Shown: positions 24,707 to 35,769 of the stretch, one piece after another
How the letters are laid out: every line of letters starts with the position of its first letter
How positions within the stretch are numbered: the stretch's first letter is position 1
Source of the DNA: Chiloscyllium plagiosum
Taxonomy: Eukaryota
NCBI RefSeq assembly: GCF_004010195.1
Contig: NC_057718.1
Location: forward strand, 62,790,311 to 62,854,310
Direction of reading: 5' to 3'
Length of the DNA: 64,000 nucleotides
Program-made: the position numbers and the translations under genes
The notes under the pieces: generated by a model
Told to the model about the DNA's origin: nothing
The model's database searches: none
Seen by the model: the letters and a program-made list of their open reading frames with translations, nothing else

Positions 24707-25757
24707 CTGTTTTAGCTATGAGTTCAACATTCAAATCATTTTACTGACTGCTGCTCTAAATTGAATGGGAATAGTGAATATTAAATTCAATAAAGTTTCC
24801 AGGTTTCTCTTCAGGTTACCCATATTAATTGCTACACCATTTTTGTATGCATTATCCATTTTTGTTCCCAATGTGCTGCACTTCACATTTTTCTACATTA
24901 AATTCCAAATCCTTTGTTCATCCTGTCCAAACTGCTTTATAATTCTTTTCAATTCCTGGTTTGGGATAATCACTAAAACTTAGCAAACTTGTCTCGAGTG
25001 CTTGAACCCAAGTTAATTGATGCCAGTTAGAAATGATAATGGTTTCAATATGGACACCTGGGACACTACACTTATTGCATCCAGCTATCTCTGTATAATT
25101 CACCAAAAGTGCTTGTTGTTTCCTATCTTCAAATTCATGTAAAACTTTTACCTGTAATCCTACAGTTTTGACTTTTAACTATTCGCCTTTCACGAGGAAC
25201 CTTTTCTAATGCTAGTTACAAATTGAAGAGTTATACTTTGCTGATAGGAGACAATAAGTCAAAACGTTTTATCTTGCATTCATCAGGACCAGGATGCAAG
25301 AAACAAATGGGAGAAACAGGGACACTAATTTATACAACATAACAAGAAGATGCTGACTATTATGGCCATTGTTAGCATGGAGATGCAACAATAGGAGTTA
25401 ATTGTCAATCTTACTTCCCAGTTCAGGCAGATAGATTCTAATTGGTCAGGGTGTTGCCACAGAACCGCAGCAGAGACTGGTGGTCCTCATGACCCTTTTT
25501 ATCAAAAGAAAACAATTAACCACTGTGGAATTGGATTTTGCTCCCTCAAAATCAAGGGACATTGTTAAGCAGGATCCTTCGTTTCTATAAAACCGTTAGC
25601 CAATTAACGTCACCTTTGTTTAGTACTAAGCCCGTTGATAGCTATTTTTATTATATGCTCAGCACAAAGCTTTATGTTTGACCTTTCTTGAAAAGTTCTC
25701 AGTTCTTTGAAATTAGCCACTTAAAAATTTCCAAATGCAATTACAAGTCTTCCTTAC

Positions 25758-25941
25758 ACTGCATGTGTTGTGCCATCACCCAGTTGTGTAGCAGTCTGTA
25801 GTTTTCTGCTGAGCCCTTCACCATTTCCACTAACAAATCGTAGGCTGCTGCTCTGGAGGAATGGGATTTACACTTTGGTTGTTGTCTGTCCTTCAAGCTT
25901 GGAAGTAAGAACAGGAGATTGAACACATCTCTTAGGAATTC
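25758..25941 (-). CDS. USP34: USP34 exon: EFLRDVFNLLFLLPSLKDRQQPKCKSHSSRAAAYDLL...MAQHMQ(S)
   Basis: 184 nt; tag acceptor, gtaagg donor; phase 0 to 1. Confidence 0.96.
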
Positions 25942-26391
25942 CTACGATAAAAGCACAGGAAATATTGCTTTGGATCTCCGTATTTAGCAAGCACAAACAA
26001 AATAAGCTGACTAAACACACTAATGTGCATGATATGTATCAGTAAACTGGTTATACAGATTTAAACAATATCGTTTTAATGGATATGATTCTTGCTCCAT
26101 ACTTCATCCTAACTGACACAACACTATTGTTTGCCAACAGCAAAATTGCAAATCTCTTATAATTAGGCTGCACATGCTGGCTATTCCAATTTTACATTTA
26201 TTTCATTCTTATTTTTGTAATTTAGCCAATAAATTACTAGAATTATATTCTTAACAATATGTAATACTTACATAACTTGAAAAATTACAAGATGAACAAC
26301 CTAAATGAATCTCACTGAGTTCACCCATAATTTTCTTTTCATTCTTTGGATTTAGTCATCCCCTACCTCATGACCAACTTGGTTTCAATAT

Positions 26392-27265
26392 TTGGAGATG
26401 CCAGTGTTGGACTGGGCTGTACAAAGTTAAAAATCATAATACCAGGTTTTAGTCCAACAGGTTTATTTTGAACCACTAGCTTTTGGAGCGCTGCTCCTTC
26501 ATCAGGTGGTTGTGGAGAATAAGATTGGAAGATACAGAATTTATAGCAACTGTTTACCAGTGTGATGTAACTGAAATTATATATTGAAAGAGATCTGGAT
26601 TGTTTTTAAGTCTCTCATCTTTTAGCATGACCATGTTGGTTTCAGTTCTTTCATATGTAAATCGGAAAACTTTTTTAAAAGTTACATTCTCAATTGAACT
26701 TCAATGGGTGTCATGTTGGCCCAGATAATGTATTGAAGGTGTGAGTTTCCCTATGAGGCTATCTGTGCCACCATGATCAGACTGATTCTAATCTAAAAGA
26801 CGGATTTACAGAATCTTACATGGATTCATGTAGTTTTTGAGCAAAGTAAAATGTAATTCTGCAAGTACAAATTCACTCCATAAACTTACATGTAATTTTA
26901 TTATATGCTCAGCACAAAACTTTCTGTTTGACCTTTCTTGAAAAGTTTTCAGTTCTTTGAAACACATAAGTTTGTGGGGTGAATTTGTACTTGCAGAATT
27001 ACATTTTGCTTTGCTCAAAAACTGCATGAATCCATATAAGATTCTGTAAATCCATCTTTTAGATTAGAATCATTCTGACCATTGTGGCACAGATGGTCTC
27101 ACACAGGGAAAATCACACCTTTGATACATTATACATTGTTAAAGTTCACTTGAGAATGTAACTTTTTAAAAAAAGTTTTGCGATTTACAGATGAAAGAAC
27201 TGAAACTAACATGGTCATTCTAAAAGATGAGAGACTTAAAAACAATCCAGGTCTTTTTCAATATA
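26392..27265. mobile_element. PLE terminal-repeat palindrome with ~300 bp inverted arms and a captured 67 bp spacer
   Basis: ~26578-26893 is the reverse complement of ~26963-27265; hammerhead motif (G12 mutated) on the minus strand at 26472-26510. Confidence 0.85.
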
Positions 27266-27519
27266 TCCTTTAGGGAGATGTAAAGGATCTGAAGTGGGTA
27301 CAGAAACAGTAGGCTAGGATGTTATCAGAGATCAAGGACATCTGTTTTGAGGAGATTAGAAAAGTCAGAATCCTTTTACTTCAAAACAAAGTAATAAACT
27401 ATTCAACATTTTTTGAAGAAGAGAGGTTTTGATGAGCAAGTTAGGGAAAACAAAATCCCTTTGGTGCGTGGATCCATGAGTGGTCATTGGTTCAAACTCA
27501 TCAGAAATGGAACAGTTTT

Positions 27520-27830
27520 CTATTTGTTCATGCAATGTGGACATTGCTGACCAGGCCCACATTTATTGCTCATCCCCCAATTCTCAGACAGCAGTTACAA
27601 GTCAACCATATTGCTGTGGGTAAGGATGGCCGATTTCCTTCCCGAAAACCAGGTGGGCTTTTACAGCGATCAATGGTCACTATTAGTCTAGCCTTCTTCT
27701 TTTAATTACAGGTTTTTTTTATTGAATTCAAATTTCACCATTGGCCAAACTGAGATTCGAACCTATGTCCCCAGAACATCAGCCTGGGGTTCTGGACTGC
27801 TAGTCCACTGACATATCCCTAGTACACCAA
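27520..27830 (-). mobile_element. tRNA-derived SINE (related to ~29470-29810)
   Basis: Minus strand has ggttcgaatctc B box and the ggaaggaaatc...acagcaatatggttgac core. Confidence 0.6.
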
Positions 27831-28107
27831 ACTCCCCCAAACAGATGGGAGAGGAGGTGGAACATTTTCACTCAGAGTTGCCCAGGCCCAGAACTCGCTA
27901 TCTAATAAGATAGTGGAAGTAGATTCCATAAATAATTTTGAATGAGACTTCTACAGGTATTTAAGCACGATGTATTTCAAGGATCTTTAACGTAAAGCAA
28001 TGATGGAGGACCAAACAAGGCTGCTCAATTAAAGTGGTTATACATCCACATTGGACCAAGTGGCCACTTATTGTGCTTTATCACTCTAAAATGCTATTTT
28101 CATTTAC

Positions 28108-28228
28108 CTGCCCTTCTCGAGAGAATTTAAATGGAGGCTTGTGCTTTATGACCACCGTGCAAAGTCGCAGAAGTCCTGTAAGTCCATCATCTTCAATGTT
28201 ACTATCCTGCTGATCAAGGATTTCCCTG
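28108..28228 (-). CDS. USP34: USP34 exon: (S)REILDQQDSNIEDDGLTGLLRLCTVVIKHKPPFKFSREGQ
   Basis: 121 nt; tag acceptor (TAGCAG tandem), gtaaat donor. Confidence 0.94.
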
Positions 28229-28326
28229 CTACATAAAAAAGGGGAAGGGAAAGAAAAGAAATAAATATGCAACAATACAATAACAATGTAATCCTGAGAA
28301 AAGCTTTTAAATTTATGTTGACCAAC

Positions 28327-28382
28327 CTGCGAATGCAGTCAGCAAGATGTCTTGCCAAGGCATCCAAATCTAGCAGTGTTGT
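28327..28382 (-). CDS. USP34: USP34 exon: TTLLDLDALARHLADCIR(S)
   Basis: 56 nt; cag acceptor, gttggt donor; phase 0 to 2. Confidence 0.94.
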
Positions 28383-29107
28383 CTGCAGAAAAAAATTGAT
28401 AATAACATATGTACAGTATCAACATAATCAAACGATGCCTTTAAAGTAGCAAAATATTCAAAAGGTACTTCAGAGAAGAATTAAGTTTAAAAAATATTAA
28501 AAACCACATCTCATAAGGAAACATCAGATATAGCCAAAAGCTTGGTCAAAGAGGTAGGTTTCATGATGTATATTAAAAAGGACAAAAAATGGTTGACAGT
28601 AAGGTAGGTTCAGGGAATGAATTCCAGGGTTTATAGCCTCAAGAACTAAAAGGCATGGTGGCTATTAGTGTAGCAATTAAAATCAGAGATGCACAAAGCT
28701 TGAGACTCTACCAACAGCAGTCTACAATGTTCTCTGAATAACTGCATTAAACAAACTGTATGATTCAATAGCTGCAAGACTACTCAAAATTAACAATGAT
28801 GTAAATACTGTGAAAAATCCTCTGCCATCATTCATGTTGAACCAAAGGATATACCTCTACGATATTACTCCTTGTGACATTTAACACATTATCAAGTTAC
28901 CTAATTTCTACTGATTCAATAAATCCAACTGTAAATGTATAAATTCTGGCAGATCCAGTGGATATTTCAAGCTCAAAGACCATGACTTTGAAAAACTGCG
29001 CACAACATACCAATGTAAAGTTAATTATATGACATAATGAAGATAAGATTGCAACAATATACTTTTAAATGCTGGGAGTTAAATAAATGCTGTTTTCAAA
29101 TAAAGAA

Positions 29108-29410
29108 ATTAGATTAGATTACTTACAGTGTGGAAACAGGCCCTTCAGCCCCACAAGTCCACACCGCCCCGCCGAAGCGCAACCCACCCATACCCGTACA
29201 TGAACCCCTTACCTAACACTACGGGCAATTTAGCATGGCCAATTCACCTTACCTGCACATCTTTGGACTGTGGGAGGAAACCGGAGCACCCGGAGGAAAC
29301 CCACGCAGACACGGGGAGAACGTGCAAACTCCACAGTCAGTTGCCTGAGGCGGGAATTGAACCTGAGTCTCTGGCACTGTGAGGCAGCAGTGCTAACCAC
29401 TGTGCCGCCC
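29108..29410 (-). mobile_element. HE1-type V-SINE, full length
   Basis: Reverse complement closely matches 20857-21174. Confidence 0.9.
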
Positions 29411-30959
29411 ACAACTGATGTAAAACTGATGTAAATTTAATTTAAAAGTGAAATGATACTGTTGAATAAAAGGGAATGTAAGCATATTATAATATTACTG
29501 GACTGTTAATCCAGAAGCCTGAAAAAATGCTCTGCAGAAATAGTTCAAGACTCACCAGTGCAGCCAGAGAATTTTTTCTAAGAAGTGCAAAATATATCAG
29601 GAATTAAAACTTTCATTAATGATCTTGAAACAATCAGAATGTGTTTAAAATAAAAAAAATTTGGTTCACCAGTAGCCTTTAGGAAAAGAAAAATCTGCTG
29701 TATTAATTCAATCTGCTCTACCAGATAGGACTCCAGACTCACAGCACTTTGTTTGATTCTTAAATACCCTTTTCAAGAGGTCTAGCAAGCCACTGAGTTG
29801 TATCAAACTGTCAAAGAAAAGAAAGATCAGATAGATGACCCAAATGTTGGTCTCTGGACCAGATGTACACTGCCATGTCAACCCTCCAAACTCATCTTCA
29901 TTGAGATTTGGGCACATGTGCCAAAATTAGGAGAGTACGACATAGACCAATTAAGAAAATCTGATATAGTTGTCTCATTTAATTATACCTTACAGCCAAT
30001 GTCCGAAACTTCTCCATTACCATCCGTGGGTATAGTTGCCCAACAAGTAAGACAGATGAACCAGAGCACAGTGATATACACAGTCAGAAAGAAGTCAACA
30101 ATGTTTATTCTAGATGCCTCAATACTGGCTTAACATAAGAAAGGAAAATATCTGACTTCTCCACGTGAAAAGGTAAAGGGTTAATTACACATCTACTCTA
30201 AGAACAGCTACCAAAAATGTCAGTGATGTCAGATTATGAGGAATTGGAGATTGATTAGGAAGGGTCCAGAAGATGTTCTCTTATACCATCCATTCTTTAC
30301 AATTATTTAAAGTTCACTTACAATAGCACAGATCTGATGTTAGCACAGTGACTGATGGTGACCAGAAACACAGAACCAAAGGCAAGTGGCAAAGATGGCT
30401 GGAAGAAAAAAAACAGAGGCAGCAGAGTGCTACAGAAGGAAGACAAGGTGAGTCTAGTAGGAGGTGGAGGGTGGGCAAATAGAACCTGAAGAGAAACGCG
30501 GTGGCAAGAAACTGAGCTAGACTTCAGAGCCTACCAGAACAATGATCCGCAAAGAGAAAAAGCCCATGATAAAGCTAAAAAAGTGTTGGAGAAACCACAC
30601 AGCTAGGTGATCAGTGATTGTTAGATTTCTGTCAAACATAAATCTTTGTGGGGAGAGATAACTGCATAAGAAAGAAAACCCAGACAGGAAAGAAAAGCAG
30701 TATGTCAATCACTATAGCTCTGCAGCTATGATGGCAAGTTCTTCGTTTTCATCAAAATTGCAGGAGCATACAAAAGGTCCTGATTAGTCAGTACATTGGA
30801 ACCATGGTTTAGCAGATACCACACTGCTTCAGACCGAAATCAAAAATCAGACCATGACAAGTCCAAGAAACCTTTGCACTCAAGCAGTGTCAACATTCTC
30901 ACCTGAAAATGACAACATTCAATAATATAATTAAAGCTTTGAGGAACAGGTACTGTTGA

Positions 30960-31795
30960 GGAAGCAGGGAAGGTGCAGAAGAACTTTGATAGGCGAAGAA
31001 GTGGCAGATGGAATACAATGTGAGAAAGCAAGCAGTTCTGCATTTTGGTAGGAAGAATAGAGATGTAGACTATTTCCTAAATGGGGAAAAGCTTTGTAAA
31101 TCTGAAGCACAAAGGAACTTCGGAGTCTGAGTTCAAGATTCTGTTCAGGTTAACATGCAATTTCAATGTGGAGTTAGGAAGGCAAATGCAATGTTAGCAT
31201 TCATTTTAAGAGGGCTAGAATACAAGGGCATGGATGTACTGCTGAGGCTGTATATGCTCTGGTCAGATCATACATGGAATATTGTGAACAGTTTCTAAGA
31301 AAGCATGTGTTAGCATTAGAGGGGGTCCAGAGAAAATTTACAAGAATGATCCTGGGGATGAAGGGTTTGTCACATGAGGGTCAGTTGAAGACTTTAGGTC
31401 AGTTCTGAGTTTAGAAGGACAAGGGGGATCTCATTGAAACTTACAGAATGTTAAGAAGTCTGGATAGAGAGGAGGTGGAAGAGATACTATCATTAGTGAA
31501 AGAGAATAAGACTCAAGGGCATAGTCTCAGAGTGAAGGGATGATGCTTTAGAACTGAAACGAAGAGGTATTTCTCCAGCCAAAGGATGGTGAATCTGTGA
31601 AACCCTGCCACAGATGATTGTGGAGGCGAAGTCATTGAGTGTCTTTAAGACAGATAGACAGACTCATGATTAGAAAAGGGATGAAGAGTTATAAGAAAGC
31701 AGGAAAATAAGGTTAAGAAATATATCGGTCATGATCAAACTGTGGAGCAGACTCAAATGGACCAAATGGCCTAATTCTACTCCTGTATCTTACAG
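30960..31795 (+). mobile_element. CR1 LINE 3' fragment
   Basis: WQMEYN..., FGRKN and LYxxLVR motifs and a CR1 3' UTR. Confidence 0.75.
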
Positions 31796-32002
31796 TCAAG
31801 ATTAGAGTGGTGCTGGAAAAACACAGCAGGACAGGCAGCATCCGAGGAGCAGGAAAATCGATGTTTCGGGCAAAAGCCCTTCATCAGGAAGGGCTTTTGC
31901 CGAAATGTCGATTTTCCTGCTCCTCGGATGCTGCTTCTGCTTGTCCTGCTGTGCTTTTCCAGAACCACTCTAATCTCCAGCATCTGCAGTACCCACTTTC
32001 AC
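31793..32002. mobile_element. PLE-derived hairpin mini-element
   Basis: Inverted arms; 13 bp TSD ctcctgtatctta at 31780-31792 and 32003-32015. Confidence 0.85.
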
Positions 32003-32134
32003 CTCCTGTATCTTATACTCTAACACATTTTTCAGTTCAAGATGAAGTGGTATTAGACTACACAAGATTAATTGGCACACCAAAATACAAGAGAAACAGT
32101 TTTTTTAAATTCACTCACAGGATATGGATATTGC

Positions 32135-32440
32135 TGGCGACAGGTTGCAGGTTAGGACGGTGGTGCTGAGTTCGAGGGTTGGGACTGAGACAAGGTGGGG
32201 GGAGGGGAAATGAGGAAACTGGAGAAATTTGAGTCCATCCCTTGTGGTTGGGGGTTCCTAGGCAGAAGATGAGGCGCTCTTCCTCCAGCCGTCGTGTTGC
32301 TATGGTCTGGCGATGGAGGAGTCCAAGGACCTGCATGTCCTTGGTGGAGTGGGAGGGGGAGTTGAAGTGTTGAGCCGTGGGGTGGTTGGGTTGGTCGGTC
32401 TGGGTGTCCCAGAGGTGTTCTCTGAAACGTTCCGCAAGTA
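32135..32440 (-). mobile_element. Penelope GIY-YIG C-terminal fragment
   Basis: LAERFREHL...HFNSPSH...MQVLGL...RRLEEERLIFCLGT. Confidence 0.8.
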
Positions 32441-34070
32441 TGAATATCAGATAGGCTGAACTTTGTTAGCAGAACAGATTTCTTATTTCAGGTGACAGAG
32501 AATTTCCCTGCGGTCAGCGCACTGACTCAGACTCAAGCCATTTCATTAATCAGAGGTCTACTAACACAACCAGAAGACAACAACCACAAAGGAATAGGAT
32601 GCCATTCCCATCTTCAATTCTTGTCTGCATTCCAGCAGGAAAATTCCACATCGATGCCAACCGTGCCCAACCAGCAATGCTGAACAATATGCTTACCGTA
32701 ATAAGATTGGCCATCGTGAGGTGATTTGCTGAAAAAGCAATAGGACATTTCAAATTTCACCAAGAAAGTTTCAAAACCATCACCCAGGTTGTAACTGTCT
32801 AAGAAGTAGATAATTCCAAGGACCATAAGATATTTTTCTCAGGCAAAGTGGTAATAAAATGGTGACAAGAAGTTAATTAAAAAGCTATTCAGGAGAAAGG
32901 ATATGCTTATGTCCAAATTGGATCATTCCACTATTTAACGTTCAGAAATTGTTGATCTACGTAAGTGGCAGCTGGAGACTGCAATGGTGTCTTCCCAGCA
33001 AGCTATGGCAACACCCAAATGTCTTTCCAGTGTAGAAACCATATAAATTATAGAGAAATAGAATGTCTTGGTGAAGCTGTGAATTCAAGTATCAAAAGGG
33101 GCTGAAACAGGTGAAAGTTAAACAAGAATTGGAACTGAGTAACTCAAAAAGACAATGAAGTTAAAAGCACAGTTATTATTAATTACACATTACTATCAAG
33201 CTTCCGAGGATGAAAAAAAAAGAGGTAGCATAAGATTTCCCAACGTCCTGTGCAGAGACAGCATGTGTTCACAAGAAGTTTATAAAATGAATTGAGATAC
33301 TACATAGGAGGAAAAAGTCTTCCTTTTACAAAAATAGTCAGAACTCCAAGAGCACCATAAATTGTTAGCTGAGGAAAACTTTCTCCTATAATTCATGAGT
33401 GATGATCCTGTCTGTATAAATGAAACCTGAGGTGGAGATCAAATATCTTCCTTTACATGTACAAAAAACAATGAGAAGCAAGTTCTTTTAAATAACACTG
33501 ATCATCTGCAGAAAGCAGATGAACTTTTGAAATAAAGGCTTAGATGTACATGCGGAGGAAACAATTTGCTTTCCAGCCTGCAGAAAACAGAGCTACAACC
33601 GGAATTTCATATAGATCCTGGTCCTGAAATCTATATCTTTATCACAAATGATGCACTTCTAATTTCTGAAATAGTACCGAAAATGACTTGCCTACAGAGA
33701 ATTTACTGCCCATTCTATTCTCGCACTTATCTTCCCAGGAAATGACAGAGGTGAACATTAATCCTATTCACCTTCTAAATGAGATGAGAATACTGTTGGA
33801 GGTCAATGTCTCAATCAAAAAAGATTAGATTGGCAGGTGAGGGGAACTGAAGTTGAGTTAAACATTTATACTAAATGTTAGTTGGTAGAAGAGGAATAAT
33901 TCAACGAATGGAACTTCTGAAAAAAAAAGTGATATCGCACTTGAAATGTTAACTCTGCCGTTTTTTAAACCACAGATGCTGCCAGGCCCACTTGGCCAGC
34001 ATTTTCTATTTTAATTCCAGACTTCCAGCATCCTCAGTATTTTATTTTCATTTCAGTGCCCTAGATCCAA

Positions 34071-34183
34071 CTACTTGGAGGTGCCGGTGTTGGACACGAC
34101 CACCTGATGAAGGAGTGACACTCCGAAATCTAGTGCTTTCAAATAAACCTGTTGGACTATAACCTCGTTGTGAGATTTATTAA
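34071..34183. mobile_element. PLE mini-element (GGAGC-stem family) with a hammerhead motif at 34101-34135
   Basis: TSD ctagatccaa at 34061-34070 and 34184-34193; CAC-CUGAUGA-A-GGAGU(gac)ACUCC-GAA-AUCU-A-GUG. Confidence 0.75.
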
Positions 34184-35082
34184 CTAGATCCAATTAGTTT
34201 GTTTGTTTCATCAAAGACCTTCTTTCTATCAATAGTGTCAGAAGTGAGGTGTTCGCTGATTATTATACTGTGTTCAGTTTCATCCACAACTCCTCAAACC
34301 ATGCCTTCAAGCTATAACGTTCAGATAATAATCCAGAGATTGCAATCCTCTGGGACATGCTTCTTAATTTATTTCATGGTACTCTCCAAATATGACCTCT
34401 AACCTACTACATTCCCACACTGCTGGGTCCCAACATGGATCAGAATCATTGAATTATTACCACAATAACTTGCAAGCTTAGGAAAGCCCTCACTCTGATA
34501 GCTGGTAGAAAATGTACCATCTGGTACTCTCAATCTTGTTTACAAAGAATCTCAATTTCTGATTACTGAATCCCCGACAACTGCCGATCACATCCTCCTT
34601 TCACCAGCCCTTCAGTTTGGACAGCTATCTGCTCAAAAGATGCTATGGTCAACATTCTGCACTTTAGTCGAAAAGTGTGGCGCTGGAAAAGCACAGCAGG
34701 TGTGCATGTGTGTGCATGCGTATGTGTGTATGGGTGTGCGCTCGCGCACGTGTCTGTATGGGGAGGACTGAGTGATCAACAGGAGGGTGGGAGAAAGGTA
34801 GCTAGGAAGTCGATAGGTAGATGCAGGTGTGGAGGTGGTGATCGGTCGGAGTGGAGGGTGGAACAAATACTTGGGAAGGAAGATGGAATGGTAGGACAGT
34901 TCAAGAAGGCAGTGCCAAGTTGGAGGGTTGGCCCTAGGATGACGTGGGTGGGTGGGGGATGAGGAAACGTGAAATTCTGGACTTTAGTTCTATCCTTGTC
35001 GATGAAAGATACATTGTGCCTTCTGAATAATTCAGTTTCTGTAAATCCTTGTTCTCTGTCTTACCCAGGCCCCACTTAGTCT

Positions 35083-35219
35083 GCCTCTATTCCTGATGAA
35101 GGGATTTTGCCCGAAACGTCGATTTTCCTGCTCCTCGGATGCTGCCTGACCTGCTGTGCTTTTTAGATTAGAGTGATGCTGGAACTTTGGTTTCCAGCAT
35201 CTGCAGTCCTTGTTTTTAT
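35083..35219 (+). mobile_element. PLE mini-element with a hammerhead core (35089-35124)
   Basis: 11 bp TSD ccacttagtct at 35072-35082 and 35220-35230. Confidence 0.8.
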
Positions 35220-35302
35220 CCACTTAGTCTACAGACTACTACTCACTCCAATCCCATTCTGAACCTGTGACTCTTTGCAAGGTATGACAAAGTATGGATA
35301 AA

Positions 35303-35507
35303 GTTAAAATTCACAACACCAGGTTATAGTCCAACAGGTTTATTTAGAAGTACAAGCTTTTGGAGACCTGCTCCTTCAACTAGCTACTTAATGAAGGAGC
35401 AGCGTTCTGAAAGCTTGTACTTCCAAATAAACCTGTTGGACCATGACCTGGTGTTGCATGATTTTTTTTAAAAACTTTGCCCATCTCAGTCCAACACTGA
35501 CACCTCC
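35303..35507. mobile_element. PLE hairpin mini-element (GGAGC-stem family)
   Basis: Inverted arms; 16 bp TSD acaaagtatggataaa at 35287-35302 and 35508-35523. Confidence 0.85.
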
Positions 35508-35769
35508 ACAAAGTATGGATAAACTGTCCAAATAATTCTCCTTTGTGTACTCTTTACCCCAACAACTGAAGTTTGGAGACTGATAAACTGACCGCAAATT
35601 ATGTTCACTCAGGCAAGCTCACTGTTCATGATGCATGTTATATGCACAACCTGCTATGCCAGAACTTAGCAAAGAATACATACATTATCTTTCCATTACA
35701 TATCACTACTTTTTTGTTCTAAAAACTAACGTGAACTAAATACAAACAACGGACAAAAAATGTAAATAC

